A stretch of DNA of 64,000 nucleotides. It comes from Nitrospirales bacterium (GTDB taxonomy: Bacteria > Nitrospirota > Nitrospiria > Nitrospirales > UBA8639). The DNA lies in assembly GCA_965203295.1 (NCBI GenBank), contig CBDBCZ010000017.1:2495318-2559317 (forward strand), in the 5' to 3' direction. Position 1 is the stretch's first letter, and every line of letters begins with the position of its first letter. The notes under the pieces were generated by a model. That model worked only from the letters and a program-made list of their open reading frames with translations, did no database searches and had not been told where the DNA came from. Positions 60,801 through 64,000 of the stretch are shown here, piece by piece. A program made the translations under genes and the position numbers.

Positions 60801-63800
60801 TCCTAAACATGTATTGTATCCGACTAACATCATTCAAACTAAACAACCTATTAAATCTTACACCAATTTCTTTCCTAGACACTTGGGAAGGGTCAGATCA
60901 ATGGTAGCTACTTAGTTTGGCTGAAAGTCTTTGCCTGAGACCAATTAAACTGATAATTTTCAGTCAAAACCCTTACTTCCTAAGTATGTATTGTATCTGA
61001 CTAACATCATTCAAACTAAACAAGCTATTGAATCTTAAACCAGTTCTCTACGTAGAAAGTTAGGAAGGGTCAGATCAATGGTAGCTAGTTGTTTTGACTG
61101 AAAGTTTCCTGAGACCAATAAAGCTAAAATTGTACCAATTATTAGTGAAAACCCTTACTTTCAAAGCATGTATGTATTGTATCTGACAAACATCATTTAA
61201 ACTAAACAAATGATTGAATCTTAAACCAGTTCCTTTCCAAGACAGTTGGGAAGGGTCAGACAAATGGTAGCTAGTTACCTTGGCTTAAAGTCTTTGCCAG
61301 AGACCAACAAAATTAACAATTTTTGAATAAAATCCTTCTTTCCTAATCTTAAGACTAACATCAACCAAACTAAACAAGCTTTTGAATAACCAGTTCCTTT
61401 CTTGAACATCGATACTTCCTTAGCATGTATTGTATTTGACTAACATCATTCAAACTAAACAAGCCTTTGAATAACCAGTTCTTTTTCTAAACAGTTGGGA
61501 AGGGTCAGATATATAAAGGTAGCTAGTTACCTTGGCTTAAAGTCTTTGCCAGAGACCAACAAAACTAACAATAATATTCTTCTTTCCTAATCTTCAGACT
61601 AAAACTAAACAAGCCTTTGAATAACAAGTTCTTTTCTTGAACATCAATACTTCCTAAGCATGTATTGTATTTGACTAACATCATTTAAACAAAACAAGCC
61701 TTTGAATAACCAGTTCTTTTCCTAAACAGTTGGGAAGGTTCAGATCATTGGTAGCCAGTTACTTTGTCTTAAAGTCTTTGCCTGAGACCAAAAAAAACAA
61801 ATTCTTCCTAAGAATGTATTGTATTTGACTAACATCATTCAAACTAAACAAGCCTTTGCATAACCAATTCTTTTCCTAAACAGTTGGGAAGGGTAAGATC
61901 AATGGTAGCTTGTTACTTTGGCTTAAAATCTTTACCAGAGACCAACAAAACTAACAATTTTCAATAAATCCTTCTTTCCTAATCTTCAGACTAACATCAA
62001 CATAACTGAACAAGCCTTTGAATAACAAGTTCCTTTCTTGAACATCGATACTTCCTAGGCATGTATTGTATTTGACTAACATCATTCAAACTAAACTAGC
62101 CTTTGAATAACCAGTTCTTTTTCTAAACAGTTGGGAAGGGTCAGATCAATGGTAGCTAGTTACTTTGGCTTAAAGTCTTTGCTAGAGACCAACAAAACTA
62201 ACGATTTTCTATAAAATCCTTCTTTCCTAATCTTCAGACTAACATCAACCAAACTAAACAAGCCTTTGAATAAACAGTTCCTTTCTTGAACATCGATACT
62301 TCCTAAGCGTGTATTATATCTGACTAACATCATTCAAACTAAACAAGCCTTTGAATAACCAGTTCTTTTCCAAAACAGTTGGGAAGGGTCAGATCAATGG
62401 TAGCCAGTTACTTTGGCTGAAAGTCTTTGCATGAGACCAACAAAACTAACGATTTTCAATAAAATCCTTCTTTCCTATTCTTCAGGCTAACATCAACAAA
62501 ACTAAACAGGCCTTTGAATAACCAGCTCTTTTTCTAAACAGTTGGGAAGGGTCAGATAAATGGTAGCAAGTTACTTTGGCTTAAAGTCTTCGCTAGAGAC
62601 CAACAAAACTAACAATTTTCAATAAAATCTTTCTTTCCTAATCTTCAGGCTAACGTCAACAAAACTAAACAGGCCTTTGAATAACCAGTTCTTTTTCTAA
62701 ACAGTTCGGAAGGGTCAGAAAAATGGTATGGTAGCTAGTTACTTTGGCTTAAAGACTTTGCTAGAGACCAACAAAACTAACAATTTTAAATAAAATCCTT
62801 CTTTCCTAATCTTCAGACTAACATCATTCAAACTAAACAAGCCTTTGAATAACCAATTTTTTTCCTAAACAGTTGGGAAGGGTCAGATCAATGGTAGCTA
62901 GTTACTTTGGCTTAAAGTCTTTGCTAGAGACCAACAAAACTATCAATTTTCAATAAAATCCTTCTTTTCTAATCTTCAGACTAACATCATTCAAACTAAA
63001 CAAGCTTTTGAATAACCAGCTCTTTTTCTAAACAGTTGGGAAGGGTCAGATTAAAGGTAGCTAGTAACTTTGGCTTAAAGTCTTTGCTAGAGACCAACAA
63101 AACAAATAATTTTCATTAAAATCCTTCTTTCCTAATCTTCAGACTAACATCAACGAAACTAAACAAGCCCTTGAATAACAAGTTCCTTTCTTGAACATCG
63201 ATACTTCCTAAGCGTGTATTGTATCTGACTAACATCATTCAAACTAAACAAGCCTTTGAATAACCAGTTCTTTTTCTAAACTGTTGGGAAGAGTCAGATC
63301 AATGGTAGCTAGTGACTTTGGCTTAAAGTCTTTGCCAGAGACCAACAAATCTAACAATTTTCAATGAAATCCTTCTTTCCTAATCTTCAGACTAACATCA
63401 ACCAAACTAAACAAGCCTTTGAATAACCAGTTCCGGTCTTGAACATCGATACTTCCTAAGCAAGTATTGTATCCGACTAACATCATTCAAACTAAACAAG
63501 CTATAAAATCTTAAAACAATTTCTTTCCTAGACAGTTGGGAAGGGTCAGATCAATGGTAGCTAGTTGTTTTGACTGAAAGTTTCCTGAGACCAATAAAGC
63601 TAAAATTGAACCAATTATTAGTGAAAACCCTTACTTTCTAAGCATGTATGTATTGTATCTGACAAACATCATTTAAACTAAACAAATGATTGAATCACAA
63701 ACCAGTTCCTTTCCAAGACAGTTGGGAGGGGTCAGATCAATGGTAGCTAGATACTTTGGCTGAAAGTCTTTACCTGAGACTAACAATCTTACACCAATTT

Positions 63801-64000
63801 CTTTCCTAGACACTTGGGAAGGGTCAGATCAATGGTAGCTACTTAGTTTGGCTGAAAGTCTTTGCCTGAGACCAATTAAACTGATAATTTTCAGTCAAAA
63901 CCCTTACTTCCTAAGTATGTATTGTATCTGACTAACATCATTCAAACTAAACAAGCTATTGAATCTTAAACCAGTTCTCTACGTAGAAAGTTAGGAAGGG
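57832..64000. repeat. Satellite DNA array: ~248-bp and ~163-bp monomers with a ~3-kb higher-order repeat; runs off the window end
   Basis: Anchor gggtcaga at 57988, 58236, 58483, 58732, 58895, 59142 (spacings 248, 247, 249, 163, 247); subrepeat gactaacatca..aactaaacaagcctttgaataa once or twice per monomer. Confidence 0.98.

Noticed and set aside
57832..64000. CRISPR-like array (recurring ~35-bp motif)
   Set aside because: The intervening sequences are themselves repeats, not unique spacers; no cas genes; eukaryotic context.

Overview
Eukaryotic (invertebrate animal-like, intron-rich, ~40% GC) DNA next to a satellite array. (1) A ~14-15 kb segmental duplication (1-14020 vs 40206-55618, offset ~40.2 kb) carries decayed head-to-head tectonic-like (-) and ATR-like (+) genes. 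A CACYBP remnant lies between the copies. All recognisable host genes are broken pseudogene fragments. (2) A 7.2-kb Tc1/mariner-superfamily transposon (15520-22745, 29-bp TIRs, TA TSD) sits in an ATR intron and has two convergent genes. Their 5' ends appear swapped by a reciprocal, frame-preserving internal inversion (16260-21941): re-inverting gives a complete spliced HIRAN-domain gene and a full DD111E transposase. (3) An intact Crypton (tyrosine recombinase) element (18709-20699) is inserted at the codon immediately before the catalytic Glu of that transposase. A 278-bp non-autonomous element (38852-39129) has the same end architecture. (4) One of three pogo-like MITEs also keeps a HIRAN fragment convergent with a transposase fragment, so HIRAN cargo may recur in these transposons. 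(5) There are many MITEs, Helentron-like repeats and a probable solo LTR. From ~57832 to the end is a 248/163-bp satellite with a ~3-kb higher-order repeat. Protein identifications are by-eye motif recognition, not database searches.
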